From assembly GCA_046726415.1 (NCBI GenBank), contig JBKPAK010000133.1:1-28788 (forward strand): DNA of 28,788 nucleotides, read 5' to 3'. The translations under genes were made by a program, and so were the position numbers. The notes under the pieces were generated by a model that saw only the letters and a list, made by a program, of their open reading frames with translations, searched no databases and had not been told where the DNA came from. This stretch comes from Candidatus Methylomirabilota bacterium. GTDB taxonomy: Bacteria > Methylomirabilota > Methylomirabilia > Rokubacteriales > CSP1-6. Below, piece by piece: positions 8,865-18,835 of this stretch (the first letter of the stretch is position 1; every line of letters begins with the position of its first letter).

Positions 8865-10085
8865 ATGGACTCGCTGATCACCGCCGCGGCGCGTGCCCTC
8901 GTGGCGGGCGATCCCCTCGGCGCATTGAAGCGGGTCGCCCTGCGCGACGACGCGCCGGCTCTCGCGCTTCGAGGCATCGCGATGGCGCAGCTCGGCGATC
9001 TCGTTCGAGCGAAGGCCCTCCTGCGACGGGCTGCGCGTGCCTTCGGTCCGAAAGAGGCCGTGGCCCGCGCGCGGTGCGTCGTCGCCGAGGCCGACGTCGC
9101 GCTCGTCTCGCGCGACCTGGGCTGGCCGGCGAAGGCGCTCGACGCGGCACGGGCGACGCTCGAAGAGCACGGCGACCGGGTGAACGCCGCGTATGCGCGG
9201 TATCTCGAGGTCCGGCGCCTCCTCCTGATCGGGCGCATCGACGAGGCCGAGCGTGCGCTGGCCGAGCTCGACCCCGCGCCCTTCCCTCCCGCGTCGAGAA
9301 TTGTCCACGAGCTGGTGGTCGCGGGGATCGCGATGCGGCGCCTCCGGACGAAGGCGGCGCGCGCGGCGCTCGCTCGGGCCGAGCGCGCCGCGCGCCACGC
9401 CCGGATCCCTGCGCTGACGGCTGAGGTCGAACGCGCCTGCCTCGTCCTGAACACGCCCGCGGCGCGCCTGATTGCGAGTGGCGAGGAGCGACTCCTCCTG
9501 CTCGAGGAGGTCGAAGCGTTGCTGGCGTCGAACGCGTTCGTCGTGGACGCGTGCCGTCATGTCGTACGTGACGAAGGCACGGTGGTCTCGCTGGCAAAGC
9601 GTCCGGTGTTGTTCGCGCTCGCCCGCGCGCTGGGCGAAGCGTGGCCGGGAGACGTCCCGAGGGACACGCTCGTCGCGCGCGCATTCGGATCGAAGCTCGC
9701 CGATGAATCGCATCGTGCGCGGTTGCGAGTCGAAGTAGGGCGGCTTCGCACGGTGCTTCGGACGCTGGCCGACGTGCGCGCGACGGAGCGAGGGTTTGCG
9801 CTGGCGCCGCGCCGCGCACGCGAGGTCGTGGTGCTGGCGCGGCCCGTCGAAGAGGAGCATGCGGCGGTGCTCGCCTTCCTGGCCGACGGTGAATCGTGGT
9901 CGAGCTCGGCCCTTGCGCTGGCGCTTGGAAGGAGTCAGCGCACCGTGCAGCGGGCGCTCGACGCGCTTGCCGCAGCAGGCAAGGTGCAGTCGTTCGGTCG
10001 CGGGCGAGCGCGTCGTTGGATGACCCCGGCGGTGGGGGGATTCACGACGACGTTGTTACTCCCCGCTCCTCTGCCGATTGACTAA
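8865..10085 (+). CDS. Helical-repeat / winged-HTH regulator of the family found next to DUF899
   Basis: MDSLITAAARAL...GDPLGALKRVALRDD N-terminus; OmpR-like RARLRVEVGRLR; C-terminal HTH WSSSALALALGRSQRTVQRAL. Confidence 0.85.
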   Translation: MDSLITAAARALVAGDPLGALKRVALRDDAPALALRGIAMAQLGDLVRAKALLRRAARAFGPKEAVARARCVVAEADVALVSRDLGWPAKALDAARATLEEHGDRVNAAYARYLEVRRLLLIGRIDEAERALAELDPAPFPPASRIVHELVVAGIAMRRLRTKAARAALARAERAARHARIPALTAEVERACLVLNTPAARLIASGEERLLLLEEVEALLASNAFVVDACRHVVRDEGTVVSLAKRPVLFALARALGEAWPGDVPRDTLVARAFGSKLADESHRARLRVEVGRLRTVLRTLADVRATERGFALAPRRAREVVVLARPVEEEHAAVLAFLADGESWSSSALALALGRSQRTVQRALDALAAAGKVQSFGRGRARRWMTPAVGGFTTTLLLPAPLPID

Positions 10086-10094
10086 GATGGAAGC

Positions 10095-10778
10095 ATGAGT
10101 CGATCGACCGCCGAGCTCGTCCGGGAGTATGGACCCTTTTCGGGTGTCGACACCGTGCATGGAGTCACGTATGACGGTCAGAACGTCTGGTTTGCTGCGG
10201 GAGACACGCTGAACGCCTTCGATCCCGCGAGCGGGAAGATGCTGCGCTCGATCGAGGTCGCCGCGGATGCAGGAACGGCCTTCGACGGTCAGCACCTGTT
10301 TCAGCTCGCCGAGGATCGCATCCAGAAGATCGATCCGCAGACCGGCCGTGTGATCGCCACGATCCCGGCGCCCGGCGGCGGTGACTCGGGGCTCACGTGG
10401 GCCGAAGGGACGCTCTGGGTGGGGCAGTATCGGGACCGGAAGATCCATCAAATCGATCCCCAAACAGGGGCGATTCTTCGCACGATCGAGTCGAACCGCT
10501 TCGTCACCGGGGTGACCTGGATCGACGGAGAGCTCTGGCACGGCACCTGGGAAGGTGACGAGAGCGAATTGAGGCGGGTCGATCCTCGAACGGGAGAAGT
10601 TCTAGAGGTGCTCGAGATGCCGCGCGGAGTAAGCGTTTCGGGGCTCGAGTCCGATGGCGGCGATCAGTTCTTCTGCGGAGGAGGCAGGAGCGGAAAGGTG
10701 AGGACCGTCCGCCGGCCGAGGCGAGGCTCCGCGCGGGGCAGCGGCTCCGAGAGGCCCGTCGACTCCACGAGCAAGTAA
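10095..10778 (+). CDS. Glutamine cyclotransferase-like beta-propeller, no signal peptide
   Basis: Repeated blades G(V/L)T(Y/W)DG..LW and IDP.TG; 9 bp downstream of the regulator. Confidence 0.85.
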   Translation: MSRSTAELVREYGPFSGVDTVHGVTYDGQNVWFAAGDTLNAFDPASGKMLRSIEVAADAGTAFDGQHLFQLAEDRIQKIDPQTGRVIATIPAPGGGDSGLTWAEGTLWVGQYRDRKIHQIDPQTGAILRTIESNRFVTGVTWIDGELWHGTWEGDESELRRVDPRTGEVLEVLEMPRGVSVSGLESDGGDQFFCGGGRSGKVRTVRRPRRGSARGSGSERPVDSTSK

Positions 10779-10831
10779 TCGAAGCGGCCCTCGCGGGCGC
10801 GCTTCGATACCTCGACGAGCAGATCCTTGAG
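10727..10831 (-). pseudogene. COG0523/CobW-family metallochaperone GTPase, internal fragment
   Basis: LKDLLVEVSKRAREGRFDYLLVESTGLSEPLP matches the Walker B region that follows CxCC in this family. Confidence 0.8.
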
Positions 10832-11581
10832 CCCCTCCGTCAGCAAGATGCCCCTCATGGTGGTAGGGGAATCTTCAAGATATTGGAAAGGTCTTGGGCG
10901 CCCGCATGCAGTGCTCGAAGAGCACTCAAGGGGCCTTGACGCTTTCTTGCCACCCTCAACGTGAATCTTGATAGCAGCATGATATGGTCTCGGCTCACGC
11001 TGTCTGCCGGCGCGCTCGGAGGTGCGTCGAAATGTTTCGCATCGGAACGTCGAGGAGGGTTCTCCCGCAGCCTGGCCTGGACGACGCTCTATCTGGGCGG
11101 TGACGCTGGCTCTGATGCCTTGTGCGCTCGTGGAGATGCACGCCGTCGGCCCGTCGCTGAGCTACTGATGAAGGCGTGACGGTGACGAGGAGCAAGGGGT
11201 GATTCGCATCAGGGTCGGCCAGCAGGATCAGGACGCTCTCTAGCCCGGCCCCCACGGCTCTCCATGATCGAGCTCTTCCGGACTCTTACGACTTCATCGG
11301 CAAGCGCAAATGGACGTATGTCCTCTCCGCCTCGTGTGCCTCGCTCCAGCTTCCAGCGCAACCGCCGGATGCTGCGGGGGCAAGGTGCGGCTGATGTCGG
11401 ACGCGGGCGAAGCCCGCGGGGAGCGGCGGTCGCAGCGCGGCGAGGCTCGGCGCACACACATTGGCCGTCTCCCGGGTATTGACGAGGAGAACGAGGCCGC
11501 GAATCATGTACTCTCCTCTCTTCTGATGGGCGACCGTTGCTCAAGGTCTACCGCGAACTCTGAACCGTTCATCTCTAGTCT

Positions 11582-11835
11582 TCACTCGCCCGGAGAGATC
11601 CTGACCTCGGCGACATCCACGAGCCGCTCGATCCTTCGGGCGATCTTTTCCGAGACGCTCCGCCGAGCTCGAAGGACAAGCACGATACGAACGAGGGCCC
11701 TGTCTTCTCCACGACTGATTGACGCGGACTCGATGGGGATCGCCTGGGCGGCGACCGGTCCGAGGACGCGGATCAGCAATACTGGGTCATCGTTGCCGCA
11801 GACGGTCAGCGTTGATCTCTCAACGGGATTCCCAT
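11582..11835 (-). pseudogene. Standalone ACT-domain protein (IlvH/IlvM-like); ATG is one base out of frame
   Basis: LTVCGNDDPVLLIRVLG...IPIES...EKIARRIERLVDVAEV. GAGGAGG RBS precedes ATG 11835; one extra G would give MGNPVERSTL. Confidence 0.7.
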
Positions 11836-11850
11836 GGAAGGTTCCTCCTC

Positions 11851-11878
11851 TCTTGTACGCTAACGTCTTGTACGCTAA
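11851..11878. repeat. Perfect 13-bp direct repeat TCTTGTACGCTAA x2
   Basis: Copies at 11851-11863 and 11866-11878, abutting the ACT gene RBS. Confidence 0.85.
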
Positions 11879-11918
11879 TCGGTTACCGGCCTTGTGGGCC
11901 ACCTCTTACGAGGCGCCG

Positions 11919-11947
11919 ATTGTCGGGTGGCGACAACACTGTGTCAA
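11919..11947 (-). promoter_or_regulatory. Sigma-70 promoter with an overlapping palindromic operator
   Basis: Minus strand TTGACA-N17-GACAAT; palindrome TTGTCG-N5-CGACAA at 11920-11936. Confidence 0.65.
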
Positions 11948-12039
11948 GCCGATTGCGACCCGTGAGCGAAGCCGGTCCACAGCTTGTCGCGCCGGCCGAG
12001 CCGGCCGACCTTTCCCCCTTAGCCCTGCGTGGACACCCT

Positions 12040-12290
12040 GCCGCGGACCCCCGAGCGCGGCGTGCGCGCGCATGTCCAGGAGGTGAGTCACCGCCTTCCG
12101 CGCGAGATGCTGTTCGGCCACAACGCGCGGGACAAGCGGTTCTCCGACCTCTATCGGGTCGTCGTGGTGACGCGTCCGTCCCGGCGGCTGTTCGAGAACA
12201 TGGAGTTTGCCTGGCTCTTCACCGACGTCACATTTCAACTCCGGCTCGCTTCGCGATACCTCGCGGATGGCAGCCGCGAGTGGCTCGAGA
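12040..12290 (+). pseudogene. S9-family peptidase, propeller-region fragment
   Basis: TPERGVRAHVQEVSHRLPREML.GHNARDKRFSDLYRV...LFENMEFAWLFTD...LRLA. Confidence 0.6.
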
Positions 12291-12299
12291 GCGCCGGTC

Positions 12300-12516
12300 G
12301 AGCGGCGCCTGGGCGCTGTGTCTCCGCATTCCGATCGGCGACGCCCACCGGCGTCGAGGCGGCCAGCGCGAAGTCCAGGAGTTCACGGTCAGGCCGCCCA
12401 CCCAGGTACGTGAAGCTGAAGCGCGAGACAACGACCGCCGCCGTCGGCCGCCCTTCGCGATCCGTAAACACCCAGCCCGGATTGCGATCGGCCAGGACGG
12501 ACTCCAGCAAGCGCAT
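12300..12516 (-). pseudogene. GNAT acetyltransferase-like N-terminal fragment
   Basis: LLESVLADRNPGWVFTDREGRPTAAVVVSRFSFTYLGG. Confidence 0.45.
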
Positions 12517-13380
12517 CCGGTGCGAAGGAGATCGCCGCCTCCGGAAACGCCGCGTTGATCCGCTCGACCAGCTCGGCCGCGCTGAGGCTGAAGGCGGCGA
12601 CGTTGTAGACCACCCTCGTCAGCGATTCGCCCGGGGCGTCCATCAAGGCCAGCAGGGCGGCCACGGCGTCAGGTATCACCATGAACGGGATCTGCGTGTC
12701 GGGGCGGACGAAGCACGAGTACGGTCGCCCCCGGGCGGCGGCATGGATCATCTCCGGGGCATAGTCGCTCGTTCCTCCGCTCGGTGCGGTGAAGGCGGAG
12801 AGCAGGCCGGGAAGGCGGATGGCCCGGAAGTCGACGCCGCTCGGGCCCGCCGCGGCGAGCTGACGATAGTGCCGGGCGAAATACCGGCCCAGATGCTCGC
12901 TGTGGAGCTTGGTACAGCCGTAGATGGTGATCGGAGCCAGCCAGGCGTCCTCGGCCACCTTGCCCGCGGCGTGCTTGGTCGCGATGTCCGGGAGGCCATA
13001 CACGGCGATCGAGCTGGGGAAGAGGAACTTGACAGGATGGCCGAGCGCGCGGGCCTCCTCGACGGCCAGGTGGAGGAGGTTCAGGGTCCCTGCACATTGA
13101 TCTCGTGCGCGCTCTCGGGGACGAACTCCGCCCGCGTCGACAGCAACGCGGCCAGATGGAAGACGATGGAGATTTCGAACTCGGCTCGCACCCGGTCCAG
13201 GAGGTGGCGGTCGAGGATGTCCCCAATCCGCACGGCCGCGCACCGCAGGGCGAGGTCGGGGTCGAGGGGGCGGACGTCGAGGGCCAGGACATCAAACGTC
13301 CCGCGTTCCGCGATCTCCTGGATCAGGCCGTGTCCGATCTCGCCACTGGCGCCCGTCACGAGGACCACCGGCTTGCGTGT
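12513..13380 (-). pseudogene. NAD-dependent epimerase / SDR-type L-threonine 3-dehydrogenase-like
   Basis: RKPVVLVTGASGEIG, HLAALLS, SSIAVYG, YGCTK and SGGTSDY. ACA where the start is expected, frameshift near 13090, C-terminus cut at FAPDA. Confidence 0.88.
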
Positions 13381-13547
13381 GCCGTCAGGAGTGGATGGCG
13401 AGTCGACTGTGCCCTGGTCGGCGCATGGGGATCACGCCGAGGTTCGTGAGCCCGTGGACTTGGGCGAGGGACAACCTCAGGCTCACGCTCGCCCAGGCCC
13501 CGTCCTTGTTCGGCGGCAGTCGCCGCGCGCCCCTCGGCCGCGGCGGC

Positions 13548-14936
13548 TCAGTCCATGCGGTGGCGCGCGCGTCGCCGACGAAATTCGAGAGAGCTCACTG
13601 CCTGGCCGATGCACCGGCCCTGCTCGAGTCCACGAACGATGGCGGGGCGGTAGTGGATGCCGCCATACACCCGAGAGATGGCGGCCTCACGAGCCGCCTC
13701 GAAGAACGAAGTGAAGGACCTGGCCGGGAGTCCCCGGTCCTCGTGCGTCCGGTCGACAAAGGTGTAGCGGTGGCCGAAGAGGTCGGTCAGCACCTGCGCC
13801 GCTGCTCCCGACTGTACCGAGTGTCCCGAGGGGTATTCGGGAAACGGGGGCGTGACGAGGATCGGGAGCCAGTCGACGTCGATGAACGCCTGAATGTAGG
13901 TGACCGGGCGCAGCAGGTTGTAGCCGTACTTCGCGTCCCAGCACGCGATGAACGCGTCGGCCACGGCCATGCCCACCTTCGCGTACGTTTCTGCGCTCGT
14001 GTCGAGACGGGCGTCCATCGCTCTGAGCACCTGGGTCGCGATCGAGACGGAGTGCCCGGGCGGCGTGGCGGTGACGCCGGGGTCGTCCGCCCAGAAGAGC
14101 GCGATCGCTCGCTGCTCGTCGGTGAGGTTGTTCACGGCGGCGTAAACCTCGAAGGCCTCCGCCCCGAACGCCGACGAGGGATCCTCCGAATAGGGCGTGG
14201 GATCGCCGGGCGGGCACGCCGAGCCGTCCACGACGGCGAAGGTGCGGTTCGCCCCCCAGAACGGCTGTAGGGCCCGGAGGAATGCAGGTGGGGTGGGCTG
14301 CCACAGTCCGGGGCCCACGGGCGGGACGTACTCGACCGGGAAGCTGCGGAGGTAACCCTCGTGGCCGCCGTCGCCTTTCGACCAGGCGAAGACGAGGTCC
14401 GCCACCGCCGCGCCCCATTGCTCCGAGTGCCTGAGCACGTTCCGGGCGACGCTGCGCCGGAAGCCGTCACCGAAAGACGCGTCCAGGGCGTCGACGGCGG
14501 CGAGATCCTCCGCCGACGCGGTGGGAAACAGGTGGCGCAGGATGGCGCCGAGAGCAGCGTTGGCCACGACCGGCCAGTGGAGATCGGCGCGCCGTGCCCG
14601 TCGGGGCAAGCCCGGGAAGCCTGGCAGCTCACCTTCGAGCGATCGGTAGCCGGGCATGCCAGGCACCATCGCCTCGTACAGCGTGATGCCGGCGTAGGCC
14701 AACGCTCGTGAAGCGACTGGAGGCGTGAAGCCGGCCGTGGTCCTGACCAGGCGCAGTGCCAGGTCAAACCATGCCGTGGGAACCTGAGCGTCGAAGCGCC
14801 CGGCGGGCGGTGCCGAGGAGTTGTCGGACGCCAGCACCGGCGAGAGGCCAGCGCTGACCACCGCCCCGGCGCTGCCCAGCCCGAGCAAGAACTGGCGGCG
14901 GCTCACCGGCGCGTGGTCGGATCCGTGGTCTTTCAT
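13548..14936 (-). CDS. Tat-exported vanadium-dependent haloperoxidase / PAP2-family protein
   Basis: AAGGAGG RBS and SRRQFL twin-arginine signal; active-site motifs AKYGYNLLRP, PEYPSGH and SRVYGGIHY. Confidence 0.9.
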   Translation of the reverse strand: MKDHGSDHAPVSRRQFLLGLGSAGAVVSAGLSPVLASDNSSAPPAGRFDAQVPTAWFDLALRLVRTTAGFTPPVASRALAYAGITLYEAMVPGMPGYRSLEGELPGFPGLPRRARRADLHWPVVANAALGAILRHLFPTASAEDLAAVDALDASFGDGFRRSVARNVLRHSEQWGAAVADLVFAWSKGDGGHEGYLRSFPVEYVPPVGPGLWQPTPPAFLRALQPFWGANRTFAVVDGSACPPGDPTPYSEDPSSAFGAEAFEVYAAVNNLTDEQRAIALFWADDPGVTATPPGHSVSIATQVLRAMDARLDTSAETYAKVGMAVADAFIACWDAKYGYNLLRPVTYIQAFIDVDWLPILVTPPFPEYPSGHSVQSGAAAQVLTDLFGHRYTFVDRTHEDRGLPARSFTSFFEAAREAAISRVYGGIHYRPAIVRGLEQGRCIGQAVSSLEFRRRRARHRMD

Positions 14937-15179
14937 CGCATCCCTCCTTGGGCGCATTCGCACTCCTAGATACGGAGCGTCGAGCCTGGTGGGATGACCT
15001 CGGGCCCGAAATGCCGGGCTCTCGGGCGCGGCGGGCCGAAGTGAACAATGCGCGGCGTACTCGCGCGAGATATGGTGCGCCCGCGTGCGGCGCGATGCCG
15101 GCATCGATCCGCCGAAGGGCCCGCTGACGTGCGTCGCGGGTACGTCGATGCCCGCAGAGCCGGAGCCGCGGCGCGATTG

Positions 15180-15388
15180 ACCATTGCCTGGCCCCCGAAA
15201 CGAAGCGCCCACGATCTGGCCTCGATCATTGATATCGAACGCTGTGGTCGCATCCTCGGAAAGGCCCGGCGGCGCCTGGGCCCACGCCGGCCGGCACTGC
15301 ACTGGCCAGAGCGAGCGCGGTGGCCACTGCCACGGCGGCAATGGAGGCCATCCTGCCATGGGGGACGCGAGTGCAGTATCGATGCCAT
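15180..15388 (-). pseudogene. Secreted HAF-repeat protein, internally deleted
   Basis: AAGGAGG RBS, frameshifted signal peptide, single repeat TTAFDINDRGQIVG. Confidence 0.6.
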
Positions 15389-15495
15389 GCTGGCCTCCTT
15401 CCTGTGACCGGATCGTCAGCCCTCTGGTGCAGTCGCCACGAGCTCATTGGCGTCGCGCGTAGAATGGCGGCGAACCGTATGCCGCTGAGCTCCGC

Positions 15496-15850
15496 TCACC
15501 GAAAACTTCCGACGATCTGGCCTCGGTCGTTGATCCGAACGGTACGGTACCGAAGGGGGTGGCGACGCGTCGGGATGATCGATCGCGGTGACGACGCCCT
15601 TCTTGTCCATCAGAAACCCCTGGACGATTCCCCCGGCATCGATGTAGACGTCCACCATCTGGCCGCGGTTGTTGATGCCGATGATCTGGGTCGGCCGGGT
15701 TCCCGAGTCGCCCGGGGACGTCGATCGTGGTGAACGCGCCTTTGTCCAGCAAGAACCCGTGGCCTGGTCCCACGGCATCGACGAAGAAGCCGACGATCCG
15801 GCCGCGGTCGTCGATGTCGAAGGCTGCGGTTCGCGAGGCGCCGGGGACGG
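15496..15850 (-). pseudogene. HAF-repeat beta-propeller, C-terminal fragment, frameshifted
   Basis: AFDIDDRGRIVG...GHGFLLDKGAFTTIDVPG, GINNRGQMV...QGFL, INDRGQIVG. Confidence 0.8.
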
Positions 15851-16464
15851 CTGCCCTGGCCGGGTGGCTGGAGAACTATCAGAGGCGGTTTGCCGCCTTC
15901 GTGGACTGCCTGGGGGACCGGCTCCCGATGGAGCGCCGCCGGCTCTACGAGCGCGCCATCGGTTCGGCGTGGAGTCTGACGTCGCGATATCGCTCGCGCA
16001 AGGACCTCACGATCGTGCATGGGGACGCGCATGTGTGGAATCTGATGTATCCGCGGGACTCGGCGGCGGGTGGCCCTCGCCTGATCGACTGGGACGGGTG
16101 GAGGCTCGATCTCGCCGCGGAAGACCTGGCCTACATGATGGCCGTGCACTGGTACCCGGAGCGACGACGGCGCCTGGAGAGGACATTACTGCGTCGGTAT
16201 CACGACGCCCTGGGAGCACACGGGGTGAGCGACTATCGCTTCGAGACGCTGTGGGAGGATTACCGGCTCTCCGTTATCTGGCAACTCGCCGTACCCGTCT
16301 GGCAAAGCGCACTGAAGCTCGGGCCGTGGATCTGGTGGAGCCACCTCGAGCGCATCCTGCAGGCCTTCGACGACCTCGGGTGTGAAGAATTCCTCGAGTG
16401 GCGCCTTCCGGGCGCCGGCTTGACCATCCCGGATCAGGCGCTCAGGCCCGGGACGGTTTGCTAA
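15851..16464 (+). pseudogene. APH/choline-kinase-like phosphotransferase, C-lobe only
   Basis: IVHGDAHVWN and RLIDWD; N-lobe replaced by antisense HAF DNA. Confidence 0.85.
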
Positions 16465-16765
16465 CCCCAATCCGCAAATAAGCTCAGCCGCGTGCAGATG
16501 TTGGATGCGGGCGTAGAGGCCTTCGGTTGCCGGGTTTTGGGCGGTCCAGAGGACATGCCAAACTCCCGATCGTATCGAGAGAGTCAGCCCGCCACTGCCC
16601 GAACGAAGCGCTCACCTCGGACACGTCGTTGTCGTAGTAGTGCTGCTGGCGCGGACGAGCGCATCGAATCCGCGGGGGGCAGATCGAGCCGCGCGGGCGG
16701 GACTCGGTGTACATTGATGCTCATGTGGCCGAAGTTCATCCTCCGCCACAGGGAAGGACACCAGC

Positions 16766-17230
16766 ATGACCGCAACAAAAGGCTTTGTTGTACCCGCGGG
16801 CGGCGGCAAGCATCTCGACATGACGGCGCCTGGTCGCTTCGCCGCGTTGAAGCTACTCGGCCACGAGACCAATGAGAGCATCATGCTGTTCGAGGAAACC
16901 GCGCCCATCGGCACCAAGAGCCTCTTCCATCTACACCGCGACAGCGACGAGGTTGCCTGGGTGCTAGCGGGCGAGATCACCTTTAAGATCGGCGACGAGG
17001 TTACCGTCGGCGGGCCCGGAACCTGCGCGTTCTTCCCGCGCAACGTCCCGCATGCTTGGAAGAGCACCGGCAGCGAAACCGGTCGCGTCTTGTTTCTCTA
17101 CACCCCGGCCGCCGCCGGCGGCTATATCGAGGAGCTGTTGAAGCGCCCCGCCGGCCCGATCAACGCCGACGAAGGCAACACACTCCGTGAGCGTTACCGC
17201 TGGGAAGTCGTCGGCCCCAACCCGCTTTGA
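16766..17230 (+). CDS. Cupin-domain protein
   Basis: HLHRDSDE and PRNVPHAW metal motifs; GGAAGG RBS. Confidence 0.9.
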   Translation: MTATKGFVVPAGGGKHLDMTAPGRFAALKLLGHETNESIMLFEETAPIGTKSLFHLHRDSDEVAWVLAGEITFKIGDEVTVGGPGTCAFFPRNVPHAWKSTGSETGRVLFLYTPAAAGGYIEELLKRPAGPINADEGNTLRERYRWEVVGPNPL

Positions 17231-17445
17231 GGGGGCGCCCTTTGCGCGGGGCTGAATACCCCCATTGCCGCGTAGCGTGCGCAGGGGTGCCGCACGAATT
17301 TCGCGTCTTACGCCCGTAGCCGGCCCGCTCATCGACCGGAGGGGAAGCAGCGGATACCGAAGCGTCCACCCTACTATGACGGTGCTGCCGAGATGCTTCC
17401 CTACTGTTTCACGAAATCAACGCGGAGGTGGCGCTCGCGGCGTTG

Positions 17446-18030
17446 TCAGGCGGTTCTGAAGGTTTGGTTCCAGGTCGCGCGAACGCTGCGCAGGAGCGAC
17501 GGATAGACGATCAACTTGCGGAACGGGTCGATGAGGGCCATATAAACCGGCGTCACGCGGCCGACGCGGCGCACGTAAACACCGAAATAGAAGCGGTAGG
17601 CATTGGCCGTTTCGACGAGGGCGCTCAGCGCTGCGGCGTGGGCGGTACGGTTGATCAGCTCGAGAAGCTGCTCGTTCTCGAAGCGGTACACGATGCGGAA
17701 GAGTCCCTCGCGCGTGCCCGCCGGCGCCAGGGATTTCGAGCGATCGGCGGTGGTCAGACGGGTTGCGAAGGTCTCCCTCCCCCTTGCGTCCGGCTCGCGA
17801 TCCCAAGCGAGGAGCCGGCCGACGAAGAGACGGGTGCCGAGGAGCGCGCGCACGACCGGCGACGGTGTGAACGGATGCGCGCCGGCGGCCCGCAAGAACT
17901 CATCCAGCGTGATGCCGGAGCGCACCCGCGGCAAATCGATGGCCCACACGTCATGGAGCGGCACGCCGGCAAGAAAGTCATGAACTCGCAGGGGCAGCCG
18001 TTCGAACTCTTGCCTCGAGATCTGTGGCAT
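17446..18030 (-). CDS. DUF2867-like protein
   Basis: LHDVWAIDL, LFRIVY, ELINRTAHA and YMALIDPFRKLIVYP; GAGGAGG RBS. Confidence 0.8.
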   Translation of the reverse strand: MPQISRQEFERLPLRVHDFLAGVPLHDVWAIDLPRVRSGITLDEFLRAAGAHPFTPSPVVRALLGTRLFVGRLLAWDREPDARGRETFATRLTTADRSKSLAPAGTREGLFRIVYRFENEQLLELINRTAHAAALSALVETANAYRFYFGVYVRRVGRVTPVYMALIDPFRKLIVYPSLLRSVRATWNQTFRTA

Positions 18031-18115
18031 CGGGCCTCCTCGTCGGGCCCGGCCGGCGCACGCGCGACCGACACTCCTCCCGGGGTCAAGCCGCGCCGCT
18101 GACCGACCGCGACAG

Positions 18116-18434
18116 TTACGGAGTGGCGCCGACTACCCGCACGAACTGACGCCAGTCCGCCAGCCAGGGGAAGTGCCGCGGTAAATGGACAATACGACGG
18201 ACCGAGCATTCGACGAGAGCGGCGAGCTCGATGAGCCGCTCTCGGAGCGCGCTGATCTGCGCGCTGGAGCACGTCGTGTCGACGGCCCTGCGCCGCAGTC
18301 CTGCAACAGGATGTGCGCCACCAGGGTCAGCCGCACCCACAGCTGGTTGGCCCAGAACCCCGAACAACTGCTGCGGTCCAGCTCCAGCCCGTGGTGCAGC
18401 TCCTTGAGCCGGTTCTCGAGGTCCCCGCGCGCAC
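18116..18434 (-). mobile_element. IS1380-family transposase, C-terminal remnant
   Basis: CARGDLENRLKELHHGLELDRSSCSGFWANQ...AQISALRERLIELAA...SVRRIV.HLP, with frameshifts. Confidence 0.85.
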
Positions 18435-18437
18435 ACG

Positions 18438-18598
18438 GACGTGGTCTTCGCAGCGGCCCGGCGCATCACCGTCCTCCACCAGGGCTCGGTGAAGGCGACC
18501 GCGTCGACATCCTCGAGAAGGGCATGGTGCGCTATCACGGCTCGATGACGGAGTTCCTCGGCAACGAGGAGGTCCGCCGTACGCACCTCGCCGTGTAG
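18438..18598 (+). pseudogene. Fused C-terminal scraps of LivG- and LivF-type ABC ATPases
   Basis: DVVFAAARRITVLHQG in one frame, then DRVDILEKGMVRYHG...EEVRRTHLAV*. Confidence 0.7.
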
Positions 18599-18604
18599 AA
18601 GCAT

Positions 18605-18720
18605 TGGTTCGGTCGCCCTGCCGGCTTTCGTGCCGTTCTTCCTCGTCTACGTCCTCGGCATCGCCCTCGTGATGGCGTTCCCGCAGCTCGCAGTGCGGCT
18701 GCCGGCAACGATGCGGGGAA
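18605..18720 (+). pseudogene. TRAP large permease (DctM)-like last-helix fragment
   Basis: PFFLVYVLGIALVMAFPQLAVRLP. Confidence 0.55.
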
Positions 18721-18835
18721 GCTCGTCAAGCGCGAGGCGCGATCGCCTGGTGGGCGGCGAGCGAGCGCGTCGTTGCACGGACCATGATCCCACGCGAGCC
18801 CACGCCCGGCCCGTCGGAGTCTCCGCGCCTTCGCC

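Noticed and set aside
7736-9860. Long ORFs antisense to DUF899 and the regulator (also those inside 20509-24582)
   Set aside because: Shadow ORFs expected from high-GC codon bias; no motifs
10961-11544. Short ORFs between the CobW relic and the ACT gene
   Set aside because: An RBS precedes ATG 11507, but no frame gives a recognisable protein; probably decayed
12029-13714. 561-aa plus-strand ORF
   Set aside because: A short S9 peptidase scrap followed by antisense of the GNAT and SDR pseudogenes
14937-15359. HAF-repeat / haloperoxidase fusion (603-aa ORF)
   Set aside because: A strong RBS and Tat signal start at 14936; the upstream in-frame stretch is pseudogene and spacer DNA
15727-15850. 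N-terminus of the kinase ORF
   Set aside because: It is the antisense of the HAF-repeat fragment
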